DNA of 64,000 nucleotides, taken from NCBI RefSeq assembly GCF_030684315.1, contig NC_081396.1, forward strand, positions 4,154,001 through 4,218,000. Reading direction: 5' to 3'. Position numbers and translations under genes: made by a program. This DNA comes from Stegostoma tigrinum (Eukaryota). Shown here piece by piece: positions 1-13,879 of this stretch. The notes under the pieces were generated by a model. It was not told the origin of the DNA, ran no database searches, and saw only the letters and a list, made by a program, of their open reading frames with translations. The first letter of the stretch is position 1, and each line of letters begins with the position of its first letter.

Positions 1-1650
1 CCTGATGAATTTAAATCCTCAGATGTAGCGTAAGCATATTCCCCCTCACGGATATTGGTCTTCTTCCAACTCGGTTGGAACCCATCTCTCTTATATAGGT
101 CACTTGTTCCACTGAAGTGATCCCAAATGGTCCAAAAAGGTAAATCTTCTCCATGCAAGACACTGTCATCCACACAGCCATGTGCTCTTTTCTTCTGTTA
201 CTATTCTCAAAATTTACATTAGACATGAACTAAAACCCAACAGTAATTTCGCCTTCCTTATTAATGATTATTAAATTAAAAGTTAGACTTTCTTGTGATT
301 TAAGTACGAGGACTCGCAAATATATTGTGTGGATTTCTGATTCATTTTCTATTCAAATAATGTTTAGACATCTTGTTTTTCACTCAAACTGCATAATCTC
401 GCTTTTTCCATCTATTCTCAGTTATTTCATCTATTTTGCATTAGCATGAGACGTTTCATTTTTTGCTGACTCTCTTGTGCCATCTACATCCCTCGGCAAA
501 CTTTTTTGTGTCGTATTCACCATTTCTCTTTTCTAATATTTTTGTTTCATTTGCAAACTTACCGACAGCACATCGACTTTTCTCATCTCAGCCATTATTG
601 TATCTTTCAAATATTTGTGCACCCAGCACTGATTCCTATGATGCTACATTAGTTAGAGGTTGACAACTTATACAAAAATTCTTCATGGAAAAATCTTACA
701 ACTCTGATTTTGGCAACCTTCTGTCCACAATACTGAACTGCCTCCAAAGGCACGCTCTCTTATCTGATTAAGTTATCTTACGTGTGGTACCTTATCCGAC
801 GTCTTCAGAAAATCTCAACACATTGCAAGCAGTGGTCATTCCTTATATTGCATTTTACTTTATCAAATGTTTCTTCGTAATTTATCTGGCATGATTTCAC
901 TTTAATAAAACTGCTTTCTGTCCTCATAATTATCCTGTGTAATTTTAACCGCACAGTTGTTAAATTCCTAAGGTAGACGCCATCATTTTCCAATAAATGA
1001 TGTTAAACAAAAATGGCCTTACTCAACCTTTATGCAACTTTCAGTTTTTTTTTAAATAAAGGAGTTAGCCAATCTTCAGATACCTTTCCGAAATGTAACG
1101 ATTGCTGGAATGTTAAAACTATTACATCCAGCACGGCTTTCATTATTTCTTTTTTTTTCTATTCTCGATTCGATCTCATTAGTTACAATGTATTTAGTCA
1201 TATTTAGTCCTAATAATTTATCTACTCTTTTTTCCCAGTGAAAGTTACTGTATTACATTCCTGGCCTTTTCTTTTGACCTTCCATATTTAGTTATTTTGG
1301 AATGTTACTGGAAGGCAGATGTGCAGTATTTATTCAACTCGTCTGTCTCAATGCATTTCGCAAATATTCGTTCCCCCGCTACATTCATGACGGGGTATGT
1401 TCAATTTGGCCTTTCTTTTCCTTTCTACATATTAAAGAAAGCTTCTGCTGTCCGTTTTAATATTACCTGTAATTTTACATTCAAAGTTTACCATTCACGC
1501 CTCATTAATTTGTGTTTGCTTTTTGTTAGTTTTTTAAAACTTCCCAAATACTCTGGTGCCAATAATATTTACGATATTTCATGTTATATCTTTTTATTCA
1601 ATTTGTTACTGTCTTTAACTTCCCCACTTAACCATTATAACTTGTCTCCT
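1..1650 (-). mobile_element. Old, degraded CR1-type LINE (RT/3' portion)
   Basis: Minus-strand ORF 805-993 (…SSFIKVKSCQINYEETFD…) resembles the CR1 RT motif GF.KG.SCLTNL.EFF. Homologous in inverted orientation to 51300-52230. Confidence 0.6.
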
Positions 1651-1659
1651 TCCTATAAT

Positions 1660-4600
1660 CCTTCATTACCTGAACCAACATATCGAGTTGCCAGTTTGGA
1701 TCCACAACATACTGTTTGAGGAATCTTTCCCACCGATGGCCATCGTGGACTGGCCTCTGGCCCTGATACTGGACCTGGGAAAGAAAAGGGGAGTGGGTAG
1801 AATAGGAGAGCAATTGTTGTGGGAATTCAATCGTAACAGACACAGACAGATAGATCTGTGAACGCGGACGAGGTGAACAGAAGGTATGTTGACTCACCGG
1901 TGCCAGGGTCTGTGCATTCTTGGATCATGTCTTTAAGATCCTTAAGGGGGAGTTTGAGCAACCTGCAGTCATGCTACACATCGTTGGCAATGACATAGGT
2001 AGGAAAAAAAAGACTTAGAATGTGAAAAATGAGTTCTGGGAGTTTTGTTATAATTTGAAGTGCCGGGCGAACAGCTAGTTGTCTCTGGATTACTAAAAGT
2101 GCCACGTGATAACGAGGTCAGGAATAGGTAGAGAATGCAGTTAAACAAGTGGCCACAGAGTTAGTGTTTGAAGGAGAATTTCTATTCTGTGGATAATTGG
2201 AGCAATTCTGGGGAAGGTGCGACTGTACAGTCAGGACAGGCTGCACCTGAACCGGAATGGCACAAATATCCTGAGGGTGAGGTGAGCTGAAGCCATACGG
2301 GATATTTTAAAGTAGATTGGCAGGGGGTGGGTACCGGATTTGTAATTCAGAGGGTGCTGTATTCAGCCTTCCAACAGACACAACAGGGAGTGAATTTGTT
2401 AATAAAGATATGCGTTCAAATAAACATAATTGTGGACAGAGGGATTTTTGAAGTGTGTACACCTCAATGGTAGAAGTATCAGAAATAAGGTGGATGAACT
2501 TAGAGCATGGGTCAGTACTTGAAACTACGATGTTGTGGCCACTACAGAAACTTGGGTAACTCAGGAGCAGGAATGCTTGTTGGAAGCTCCGGGATTTAGA
2601 CGATATAACAGAAATAGGGATGCTAGTAAGAGAGTCGGGGGAGTGGTATTGTTAGTTAGGGCTACTATAGCAGCTGCCGAAAGGCAGTTTGAGAATGAAA
2701 ATGTCTTCAGAGTCAGTTTCAATTGAGGTCTGGAACATGAAAGGAGCAGTCACTTTGTTTTTGTGTTACAAACCCCCTAATTATTTCAAAGAAGTGGAGG
2801 AGAGGATTGGGAGGAAGATGCTGGAAAGCTGCAGAATTGACAGGATTGTAGTCATGATTGACTTCAACTTTTCTAATATTGATTGGAAATTTTTTAGTTG
2901 TAGTAGTTTAGATGGAGCGGATTTTGTCCAGTACATTCTGGAAAGATTCCAGACACTTTATGTACACAGCCAAGCACAAGGTGAGGTTACTTTGGATTTG
3001 ATGCTTGGCAGTGAACGGGGTCAAGTGCTAGATCTGTTGGGAGGAGAGCATTTTGGCGGTACCAATTGTAACTCTCTTATTCTTACAATAACGATGCAAA
3101 AGGGGAGGCACATACAGCAGGGTAACGTTTATAACTGGGGGTCGGGTAAGTATAATTCTATTGGGAAAGAACTGGGTAACATAAAATGGGAACAGATAGT
3201 GTCAAGGAAGATCACTTTCGAAATGTGGAGATTGTCTAAGGAATGCACACTGCGTGTGCTCAATATGTTTGTCCCTAGCAGGCAGGGAAGATGCAGTCGA
3301 ATGAGGGAACTTTGGTTCTCAAGGTATGTTGAACGACTTGTTAAGTGGAAAAAGGATGCTTACATAAGATTTACGAAACAAGCATCAGAAAAGGCTCTAG
3401 AGGGATACAAGTTAGCCCGGAAGGAACTGAAAAAAGGACACAGGAGAGCTATGAGGAGTCATGAGAAAACCTTGGCAAATAGGACCAAAGAAAACTCCAA
3501 GGCTTTTTACATGTATGGGAGAAATAAGAAGATGAACAGAGAAAGTGTTGGGCCAATCAAGGATAGTAAAGCGAATTTGTGCACGGAGCCTAAAGAGATC
3601 GGGGAGGTCCTTAGTAAATAGTTTTCTTCTGTATTCACAACTAAGAGGGACCTAGTTGTAAATGAGGACGATGTCAAACAAAGTGGTCGGGGAGAGGAAG
3701 TACATGTTAGTAAGGAAGATGTACTGGGAATTTTAAGGAAGTTGGAGATAAGTAAGTCCTCGTGGCCTGATGGAATTTATCCAAGGAATCTAGGGGAAGG
3801 GCCTTTGGCAATGATTTTTTTTTCCTCACTATCCAAGAAGATTGACAAGGGGCAAACGTCATTCTCCTTTTCAAATAGGGAATAGACATAACCCCAGAAA
3901 TTACAGGTCAGTTGGCCTCACTTCAGGTGTGGCAAATTATTGGCAATGGCTCTGAGAGCTAGTATTTATGATCACTTGAATAGGCACAGTCTGATGTGTG
4001 AGAGTCACCATGGATTTGTGATGGGTAGATCATGCCTCACAAACCTTATTGAATTCTTTGAAGAGGTGGCCAAACACGTGGATGAACTTCGAGCAGTTGC
4101 TGTGGTATACATGGATTTCAGTGAGGCATTTGATAAGGTTCCCCACGGTAGGCCTCATGCAGAATGTAAGGAGGCATGGGATAGGGAGAACTGTGGCAGA
4201 TTGGATTCAGAATTGCCTGATCCTTCGAAGACAAAGGATGGCCGTGAACTGAAAATCGTCAACATGGTGCTCCGTTAGGAGTGGAGTGCCACAAGGATAT
4301 GTGCTGTGTCCTCTTCCATTTGTGATTTTTGTGAATGATTTGGATGGAGCAGTGGAAGGTTAGATTTGTAAATTCACGGACTATATTAAGATGGATCGTA
4401 TTGCGGATAGTGTGGAGGGCGGTTCTAGGTTACAAAAGACACTAATAAGCTGCTGAGCTGGGCTGAGAAGCGACAGATGTAGTTTAATCCTGAAAATCGT
4501 GAGGTGATTCATTTTGGAAGGACAAACTTGAAAACAGAATATAGCGTTAATGGGAAGGTTCTTGGCAGTGTGGAGGAGCAGAGGGATCCTGGGATTCATG

Positions 4601-5277
4601 TTCACCGTTCCCTGAATGCCGCCACCCAGGTGGATAGAGATATTAAGAAATTGTATGGTGTTTTAGCTTTCATTACTCGTGGTATTCAGTTTATGAGCTG
4701 TGAAGTTATGCTCCGGCTGTACACAATCTGGTTTGGCCACATCTGGAAGATTGTGTCCAGTTCTGATCAACAAACTACTGGAAGGATGTGGAAGCGTTGG
4801 AAAAGGTGCAGAGCAGATTTAGCAGGATGTTGCCGGCAGGGCAGGAAGGTCTTAAGAGGAAAGGTTTAAAGAGGTTGTGCTTTTCTCTTTGGAACGAAGA
4901 TGGTGAGAGGCTACTATATAGAGGAGTAAAAAATGATCAGAGGTACAGATAGAGGGGACAGCCATGGCATTTTCTTTGAGTGGAGGTCGCTATTACGAGG
5001 GGGCATTGTTTTCAAGTGACTGGATGTAGACATAGGGGAGACATCAGAGGCAGATTCTTTACTCAGAGAGTGGATGGTGCGTGGAATGCATTGCCAGAGT
5101 GGGTAGTGCAGTCGACCTCATTTGGGGCATTTCAGCGGCTCTTCGATCAGATTATGGGTCATAGTATAAGGTAGGGGTACGTGTTAGATAGACATTTCAT
5201 TCAGGTTTAAAGTTTGGCACAACATCATGGGCCAAAGGCCCTCTACAATGCTATACTGTTTTCTGTTCTATGTTCTA
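1660..5277 (+). mobile_element. Near-full-length CR1 LINE: ORF1 esterase remnant plus disrupted APE-RT ORF2
   Basis: ORF fragments: TETW (2535), DFNF.NIDW and LDLMLG (2689-3621), HGFVMGRSCLTNLIEFFEEV…YMDFSEAFDKVPH (3940-4278), RGRFFTQRV..AWNALP (4980-5174). ORF1-like PGARV…GND region near 1900-2000. (TTCTATG)-type 3' tail at about 5262-5277. Confidence 0.9.
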
Positions 5278-6089
5278 AGTTGTGCAGTCTACGAATTGTG
5301 GTTCATGACTAGCTTTGCTAATCTGACTTTTTTTCAATTCATGTGAAGATTACTATTGCCGATAATTAATGTAATGCCTTTTTCCTCTGTCTCGTTATCT
5401 TCAGAGGATTCTCTGTAGTTCTTGATAATTATTTCCACCGCCCTATAAATTTCTTCCATCTATGCCCTCTTTCCGTTCTTATTACATTCCTGCACAAAGT
5501 TGGATTCCACATTTTACTTTAGCGAAGTTCATGTGGAAGTAATAATTGAGGAGATTCCAACTTAATGTCACGTTGTCCAACAATATCTAGTGCTGTTATG
5601 TTTCAATGGTAATGACCCAAATATGACAACGTACAAGCAAGCCTCAACGTTTCCAGTGGAGTATCGTAACAGGTCTGAATATGTTGATTGAATTATCTAC
5701 TATCAGTCTTCAGTCCCATCGACTGGAGAAGGATAGACATTGCAAATGCCTTCAAAATATCAACAGCAGGGATCTGATGTTCATTCACAGAGAAAGTAAT
5801 GAGCTGTTGTTCCAAATCATTGCCATCAACTGGTGTTCCCAGATTTTATACAGCAAATTACTGAAAATAGACAAGGCTAATTAATACCATATCAGAGTGC
5901 CCATTGAACAAAATGTGCCATTGACTTGTCACGTATTTTTGTTCATCTCTTTAAAGTGGAAATTGCTCAGAGAACAGTGGAGCGATAATTAGTGCTTTCT
6001 TCTTTCCCTCAGCATATCATTTATCCCCCACATGAAAAATAATTCAGAGACATGACGTCTCAAATTTCTGTGATATAGAACCTCCAGGA

Positions 6090-6340
6090 AGTCAAACAAC
6101 TATGCACCTTCCAAGCCTGATCGTTAGCAAAACCTTCATCTATCCAACTGTCTTTTTCTCTCTTTGGGCTTTATCCCATCCTTTACTCCCTGCCCCATCC
6201 ACCTCCCTATTTTCGGCATATAAACTGACGTTTTCCCATCAGCCTCGAGGAAGAGTCACTGGACCCAAAACGTAAACTCTGTTTTGTTAACATTAGCAGA
6301 TGTTGTCAGTCTTGCAGAGCTCCTCCAGCAAATTTGATTT
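6090..6340 (+). mobile_element. Penelope-like 3' terminal fragment
   Basis: Pyrimidine-rich tract followed by a degenerate GAGGAAG…GACCCAAAACGT terminal motif shared with the other Penelope-type ends in the window. Confidence 0.5.
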
Positions 6341-7639
6341 TGCTCTGGGCTGGCATGATTTGTGGTTTAATGTGTCCTCCCCTCCCTGCCTCATTCTTAA
6401 CACGCGATGTCATTCCGTTCCAGGTTTGTTTGCGCATGTGTGACTATAATTCAGTGTGTGTGGATATGCCTGTATCTATATGTCTTTGCCTGTGGCCACT
6501 TGAAGAGCATTATACTTTCCACAAGCAAATTTCATTGTCTGAGCTTAAAATCATGCTCAGGCCGTTGGAAAGTGTTGTTGTTCTCAGATTGCTTGACTTC
6601 ATGAAATGGAATTTTTATGCTTCCTGAAGTGATTGATTCTTAAGACGCAGTTTCTAAGACCAATAGCTCCAGTAAAGCTACGTAGTGCCAGTTTTGAGTT
6701 ATTTACTTCAGTTTTGGCGTCTCAGCCTGATCATCGCCATGTTTCATGTTCAAGCAATGAAAACCCTCAGTCTCTAAGGACTATCTCCCATATACAGTCG
6801 AAATGCGGGGTCATTCGATCATTCGTAAGCATTCTTCAAGTGGACCATTTTGTGCACCACTCGTTCCCTGGCATTAGGATTCTTACCATGAAGAAAGTCA
6901 ATTCACCACTATCATGCTCCCATTCTTTTGGTGTACCCGAGACAAATGCGTTAAATGTAGGAACTCTCCATTTGATTGTGTGGCTGAATTCGCGAGTTTT
7001 TGTTATGCAACTTCCAAATACCAGCATTCCAACTGGGATACTTTGATACACATTTTCATTAAACCCAATCGCGTGTCGTGTCTGCATGCAAAATTAGAAA
7101 AGGAAGCAAGATGGCTTATCGCACAGGACGCCAAAATGCCTTGCAATTTCTCCTGAACCTTTCAGGATTTCTCTATCTCTCTGGCATGGAATGAAGACAC
7201 CGAATGTTGTTGTGATCGTCAGATGTGTCCCTGACCTCAGGATGATAGGTGGACATAGTGGTAAAGATGACACATGGGATTCTTTACTTCAGATTTTTTT
7301 ATTATTTCTGGATGCACGTGGGATTGTGGGGGTTATAATTTTGTGAACATAAGATCTTTAAGTTTGAGGTAGCTTTCAGTTAGGTGCTGCAGACGGAAGT
7401 GAGTAGAATAAATGGAACAATAAAATTCCACTAAATGGAAGAGATAGAATATGATTTAGTTTTATTCATTCACACCAGCCAACAATAGCCTTGCTCCACC
7501 AGATCCATGATCAGTTCCTGCACCTTGCCTCCCAGTCATGATTGCCTTTCACTTTTATTTCACCCCCTCGCTTTGACCCTAACATTTTGCAACTGCAACT
7601 CTCTGATTAGAAAATGTAATTTCTGAAAATTAAATCCTG

Positions 7640-7850
7640 GGATATGGAAGTCACTCACTCACTGCTGCCTCCTTTCTCAGTGGATAGAAATCACATTCTG
7701 GGACAACGTCCTGGATCTCTCCTCCAAATAGTATGGTAGTTAACCCATGGTAATGGATTCCAGTGATTCAAGAAAGCATTGTTCCATCATCTTGTTGAAA
7801 GTTACTGGGGATTAGCGATAAATGTTGACCCAATCAGCAAGGGCAGATCC
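7640..7850 (+). mobile_element. 3' end of a CR1/L2-group LINE
   Basis: Similar to the terminal sequence of the element at 28780-30130 (−) and to 43800-43990. Confidence 0.45.
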
Positions 7851-8785
7851 TCAAAATGAGCCAACCAAAAGATGCAAATATGTTCCTGAAGACATTTTAG
7901 GATCTCTTACCCTTTTCTATCAAATGTGCAAACACATTTCAGTGTAACATTCTTCCTAATTTGACTGAAAGATTGAATTATTGATTATCATCCCCAATTC
8001 ACATCACAGGTGACAAAAATCACCAACACAGGTTTCGTGACCCATGATGCCCCCGGTACTGAATGTCCCTGATCCAGGCCAACAGAGTGTTGCTCAGGCA
8101 CAGCCACCCGTATGATGACTTGCACAGACATTGTTTTTTTTCTTGTCTGCAGGCGGTGAGGATGTGGGGTCACAGAGGAATGGCTGGAGCTGGCAGGAGA
8201 ATGGGGAGTGTTTATAAATACTTATAAAATATGGCAAACTGCGATGCATAATCTGGAAGTGCCGGATTCGTGTCCCTGGGAAGAAGTCCAGGTTTGTAGA
8301 AGGCATTTTACATTGACAAGGAGTTGAGCGCTTACGGCCTATCACAGTGACTATGAATAGAATGGGTGAGGTTCAGATTGTCCGGTTTCAAATCGGTCCT
8401 CGTGCTTCTTACCGGTTAGTTACTTGAGATGTTACGTGATAGCTTCCACAATTACTGTGTACCTTGGGTATTGACTATCTCACTGACATCGGAAATAGCA
8501 TTCTGCTTTTTCGAGGAAGGTTCCCTTTGTAACTCTTGATGCATCATTAATTATTTTCACTTATTCTCGTTTGATTGGATTCGATTTCTGGAAGAATAGG
8601 AGATGTTTCAGAGAAACTGCAATTGTTTGTTGTGATTTTCTGTTCTGTGCTGGTAATGACGACTATTATCATTTATTTTTACATGGTATTTACATTGCAG
8701 CCTGCAAATTCAAACCAAGTGCCACATCTACATATGACAATATCACTTGACCCATTCAACCCTGAATATTGTCAATTTCTGACAA

Positions 8786-10030
8786 TAGAAGGAGAAATAG
8801 TTTTTGTTATGTCGAAAGGAGAAGATGTCAAACGTCAGTGTGACTGGAAAAGCAACAAGACACACAAACATACGCGAAGGAGTGTTCTGTTATACATCCT
8901 GGAAAACATGTCGCATATTTGCAGCATACAGAAACTGCACATGTGCGGGCGAGGCTTCAACTGATCATCAAAACTGGGGAGACACCAATACATTGTGCCA
9001 TGGAGAAATGTTGGGAAAGAGATGACTTTAGGGAAAGATTACGTAACACATCTCAACTGGAAGTACATCGATGCTGTCACACTGTGGAGAGACCATTCAC
9101 TGCTCTGTCTGTGTGAAGTGGTTTAGCCATTCATGCAAAGTTGTGACACATTCGCTTGTTCACTCTCAGGAGTGGCCATTCACCTGTCCTATGTGTGGAA
9201 TGGGATTTGATAAATTATCACACATTGTGACTCGCAGAGTTCTCCGCACTGATTAAATGCCCAAACTGTGAGAAGAATTCTAAATGCAGAAGGGATCTAA
9301 TGACACATCAAACTATCCACATTGGGTAGATACCAATTACCTGCCCTGTCTGTAGGATGGCATTCACTCATTCATCCCATCTTCAGACACACAAATTTGC
9401 TCATTCCGGTAACAAACCTTTCAACTGTTCTGAGAGCGACAAGAGTTTTAAAAGAAAAAAACGTCTGCCGACACACCGATATACTCACACAAGAGAGGGG
9501 TTACTCACCTGTTGTACATGTGGGATGGGATTCACTCGTCCATCGAGCCTGCTATGTCACCAGCTGATTCACACTGGGGAGAGATCATTCACACGCACCC
9601 TGCGTGGTAAGGGATTCATTGATTCATCCAACCTTATGATACAGCAGCAACTTCACACAGGAGATCGACCTTTCACTTGATGTGACTGAGGAAAGGGATT
9701 TACCTGTTCATTTAACCTTCTGACTCATCAACTGATTAACAAAATGGGGAAAGCTTTCCCATACCATGTTCGTGGGAAGGGATTCACTTGATGCTCCAGT
9801 CTAATGAATCATCAGCAAGTTCATTCTGGAGAGAGGCCATTCATTTGTCTAACTGCTCGAAGCATGGGAAGGAATTTTATCATTCATTCTACCTGGTGAA
9901 ACACCAGCCAATCCACACCTGTGAGAGTCCATTCACGTTTAATGCCTGTCGAAACGGATTCATTCAGTCATCCCATCTGCAAACACACCAGCGAGTTTAT
10001 AAGCAATGGCAAGGGATTTGGATTCTTCAC
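8786..10030 (+). pseudogene. C2H2 (Krüppel-type) zinc-finger array pseudogene, roughly a dozen decayed fingers
   Basis: Repeated C-x2-C…H-x3-H units with HTGE(R/K)PF-type linkers spread over several frames (e.g. HSQEWPFTCPMCGMGF, HTGERSFT, HTGDRPFT, GFIQSSHLQTHQRV). Many stops and frameshifts. Confidence 0.9.
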
Positions 10031-10771
10031 TTGCTGATGCTGCTAACTAAATCCAGGATTAAAGTGTGTTCACTCTGAGGATCCTGGTTTGTTGACGTTT
10101 GTGTATATTCTGTACAAATATAAAATTAGTTACGTTTTCATGAAACATTTTTTGAAAAGTTTGTCTTTGCCATCTGAGGCTTTAAAATCACCAGGCTGGA
10201 TTCCAAAAGGGCAGTCTCGGAGGAAGATCATATTACAGAAACATTTTTTAACTCGGTTACAGTCCAGCTGGGTCACATTTAGAGGGACAAAGTTGACTTT
10301 AATCTTTCTAATTTCTCTTCACCCACGAATGAGTCATCCTAATTTCAATGCTGAAGTGTGTAAAAATAGATTTGAGTCGCTCTCTTCCTTGGTTCAGAGG
10401 CCAAGACACAGAACCTCGGATTCCTTGCAAATGTGTGAGGAAGAATAATGATAAATGCTGGAAACAATATGAAAAATTGGAGATTGATGTCAAGATGGTG
10501 ATCTGTTGCTTGACACAAAACAAAGAATTGCAGATTTTGGAGATCTGAAACTCGTAGATGTGTGTGTTTCTGGTTCAGTGCGGCTGAAAGAAAACAGTAG
10601 GCTTAATTTTCAAGTCTGCAAATGTCACTTGATAATTTTACAGCATTTGAGCCTGTTTGTGTTGCAATCCTGATTTATTGGCTATACACGTTTAAAATGC
10701 ATTAGTTAAAATCTGTAGCAAAATTGAACAGGGGTGATATACAATTAGATATTTAGATTTTTTTTTCTTAT

Positions 10772-11432
10772 TATAGAACATTACAGCACAGTACAGGCCC
10801 TTTGGCCATCGATGTTGTTCCGACCTGTCTTACCAATCTCAAGCCCATGTAACCTACACTATTCCATGTACGTCCATACACTTGTCCAATGATGACTTAA
10901 ATGTACTTACAGTTGGCGAATCTACTACCGTTGCCGGCAAAGCGTTCCATTCGCTTACTATTCTCTGAGTAAAGAAACTACCTCTAACATCTGTCCTATA
11001 TCTTTCACCCCTCAATTTAAAGCTATGCCCCCTCGTGCTCGCCCTCACCATCCTAGGAAAAATGGCTCTCCGTACTCACACTATCTAACTCTCTGATTAT
11101 TTTATATGTCTCAATTAAGTCACCTCTCAACCTTCTTCTCTCTAACGAAAACAGCCTCAAGACCCTGAGCCTTTCCTCGTAAGTCCTTCCCTCCATACCA
11201 GGCAACATCCTAGTAAATCCCTCTGCACCCTTTCCAAAGCTTCCACATCCTTCTTGTTATGCGGTGACCAGAACTGTACGCAATACTCCAAGTGCGGCCG
11301 CTCCAAAGATTTGTACAGCTGCAGCATAACCTCTTGGTTCCAGACCTCGATCCCTTTATTAATAAAAGCTAAAACACTGTATGCCTTCTTAACAGCCCTG
11401 TCGACCTGGGAGGCAACATTCAAGGATTTGCA
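10772..11432 (-). mobile_element. Young 5'-truncated CR1 LINE (3' end)
   Basis: ORFs RPHLEYCVQFWSP and RGSFFTQRIVSEWNALP. Closely similar to the 3' part of the 61723-62872 copy. Confidence 0.92.
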
Positions 11433-12644
11433 ATAATAGTTTCATCCAGATAAATTAGGCCCTGCATTGTCCACAAGAATTTCCTCGAGCGTTCATACGG
11501 CTTCCCAGACATTGATTTTTTTAAAAAATATACCGCACCCTGACTGCTGAGTCAATATGATCTGGAATGCATTCGCTGGAAGGCTGAATGAAACAATTTG
11601 AATTGGAACATTGAAAATGAATCGGCATATTTGAAAAAAAAAATGAGATTCGAACGGATATTGATAAACATTGGAAAAGCGGAAAAAATAGACAGTTGTT
11701 TAAAACAGCTGAATGGATAGTCCAAATGTCCTTATTCTCCTGTCAAATTGCATTATTCAAGGAATTTCACTCAAATCATTACAAATCAATGCAATTTCAT
11801 TCTTGAAGTTGGTGTTGAAGTTATTAGCATGTGGAAGGTTAACACCAGCAATGTTAGCCAATGTGATGGTCAATCTCTAGCTCTAAATCTAATTTCAAAA
11901 TCAGTAGATTCTGGATTTGGCACCTGATACACAGTCTGGCTATATTAACCAGATGTCCAATCGCAACATGTGTTGAAAAAGCCATTTTTCTGGCGACCAT
12001 ATGAACCAATATTAACACTAATTTTGTTTCTGTCGAATTTCATTTAGATGTGTAAGAAATTATCTTAATTGTACTGCACTGGTCACACTTAATACTACAA
12101 CTGTTAGCACTACCGTTGACCCGGTTTTAGTTTACTTTAACCTCAGGCCAATATTAAGTATTCCTGCACGAGACACTGTCGGTTGACAAAAATCTAGGCT
12201 GCATGAGTAATCACTGTTCTACAGTTGATATAAGTGTATATTAATCCAGAGCCTTTTGTAACTACATTCACACTATATGCATGCATTATATTTAATGCTC
12301 AGACTATTCCAATTGTCAGCAAACAACAAAAATTGAAGCATTGACATTTATGAGTTCATGCATTTTATCACAAACAGCTAATCAGTGATTGCTAATCCTG
12401 TTCAAATTTGTGATGAACTCTCAATTGTCCAGCATCATTATTATGGTTATATTTTCAATCAGTGGGAATAACAAGGCTGGTAATTAAGGAATGCCGGATT
12501 ATAAATTTAACCTTCATGAGTGTGAATCCAGGCCCTGTTGTAATGCTCCTCACAACCAATTCGTGAAGGAAGAAACTAAAACCAGTGTTTACTGTGATAG
12601 TCTGGAACAGATTGATATCTAGCGTGCGAAACATTTCAAGTAAG

Positions 12645-12965
12645 TCCTCACGTGGTGTAGCAGTTGTATCTTTTTCCCCAAAAAAACAGGGAGATCTGGT
12701 TTCAAGTCCCACCTATTGCAGAGGTGTGTCATAACATCTCTGAACAGATTAGAAAGATGGGTCATATTTCTTTCTTTTAAAGGTTTGAAACTTAGAGATG
12801 TGTAGTTCCTGACTGTCTAATGTTTCAATATCAGTAACTGCCCATTGTAAACATTTTTCATCAGCCTTTTCGGACAGATTACGGCAAACCTCTGAGGCAA
12901 GTGGGATTTAAAACTGCACCTTTTGGCCCACAGGTAGGGACATGCCTCTGCCTCTCAGAAGCTCT
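12645..12965. mobile_element. Two tRNA-derived SINE fragments in opposite orientation
   Basis: + copy at ~12645-12755 has A-box-like TGGTGTAGCAG and B-box-like GGTTTCAAGTCC. A related copy lies on − at ~12855-12965. Confidence 0.5.
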
Positions 12966-13879
12966 TCAGTTTTTTTTCGACAATAAATACAACGATTGTG
13001 TCAATTGTACTTAATTAGTGAGAATTATTGACCTGTGTAGAGAGGACTCAAAGGTCGTTTTTAATTAGCATGCTGACACCAGCAGCAATTTATGTATTTG
13101 TTTTCGATGCTCTCAAACTCAGAGGCAGGATGTCTGTTTGTGCTGATAACATGAAACTGACCACTTTTTCTTTTTCATTCTCAGACAGCATAACGTCCTG
13201 CAGTGGTGCTGCCGGTCTGAAACTGCACATCTCAGTTCTGAGTAAAAAAAAAAAGGACCACTATCTGGTGGAAGCATCTGGGCACAGAGTCAACGTTATG
13301 CCCCGCCGATCACGTTGCTGTGATATTTTAAAATGTAGCTGTTATTTCTTTTGAAAATTTCCATTCCAGGACAAACTGGCATGCTCTGTGGAGAACTACG
13401 CATCAGATCTTATGGTTTGGTTATTCTATGGTCGCACATCTCAGTTATGATTCATGAAGTAATAATGCAAAATCTCTCTCGTAATTTCACCCCATCAAGT
13501 CTGTCTGACAACTGGTTATCTAAGAATGTTCCATTGCTATGTTCCCACTCATTAAGCCATGTTTTCAGGACAGTAATGCTATCCTAACTATTGTGATTCA
13601 CATATCAGGGCATCCAATTATTTCAAAACTATAACATTCTTTATTTCCTCTCGACTGAAATAATAATCATTTTTTTTTTCCTTCTTGCCAAAGTGCATGA
13701 TTTCTCATTTCAAGCATTTCATACATTTGCCATTTTTGTCAACATATTTCACCTCTCTATATCCATTTACTAACTGATCTCAGAGCTTCCATTTCAGGTG
13801 CTCTCACTGCCGAATTGGATTTAGAAAATCATCAGAACTCTCTGTGCATCAGTGCATCCACCCTGAGTAATGACCATAT

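Larger units (their letters stand above)
1..6990 (+). repeat. Segmental duplication, inverted paralog of ~49005-52230
   Basis: 5665-6085 matches the reverse complement of 49620-50050. 6440-6990 matches the reverse complement of 49005-49550. The two copies carry different CR1 insertions. Confidence 0.85.

Noticed and set aside
6334-6627. ORF with a similar paralogous ORF at 49245-49517
   Set aside because: The similarity is explained by the DNA-level segmental duplication; frames are not conserved throughout and there is no recognisable domain.
8343-8375. CACAGTG heptamer (also ~47567, and CACTGTG at ~34599 and ~48727)
   Set aside because: No nonamer at 12- or 23-bp spacing and no convincing adjoining rearranging segment.
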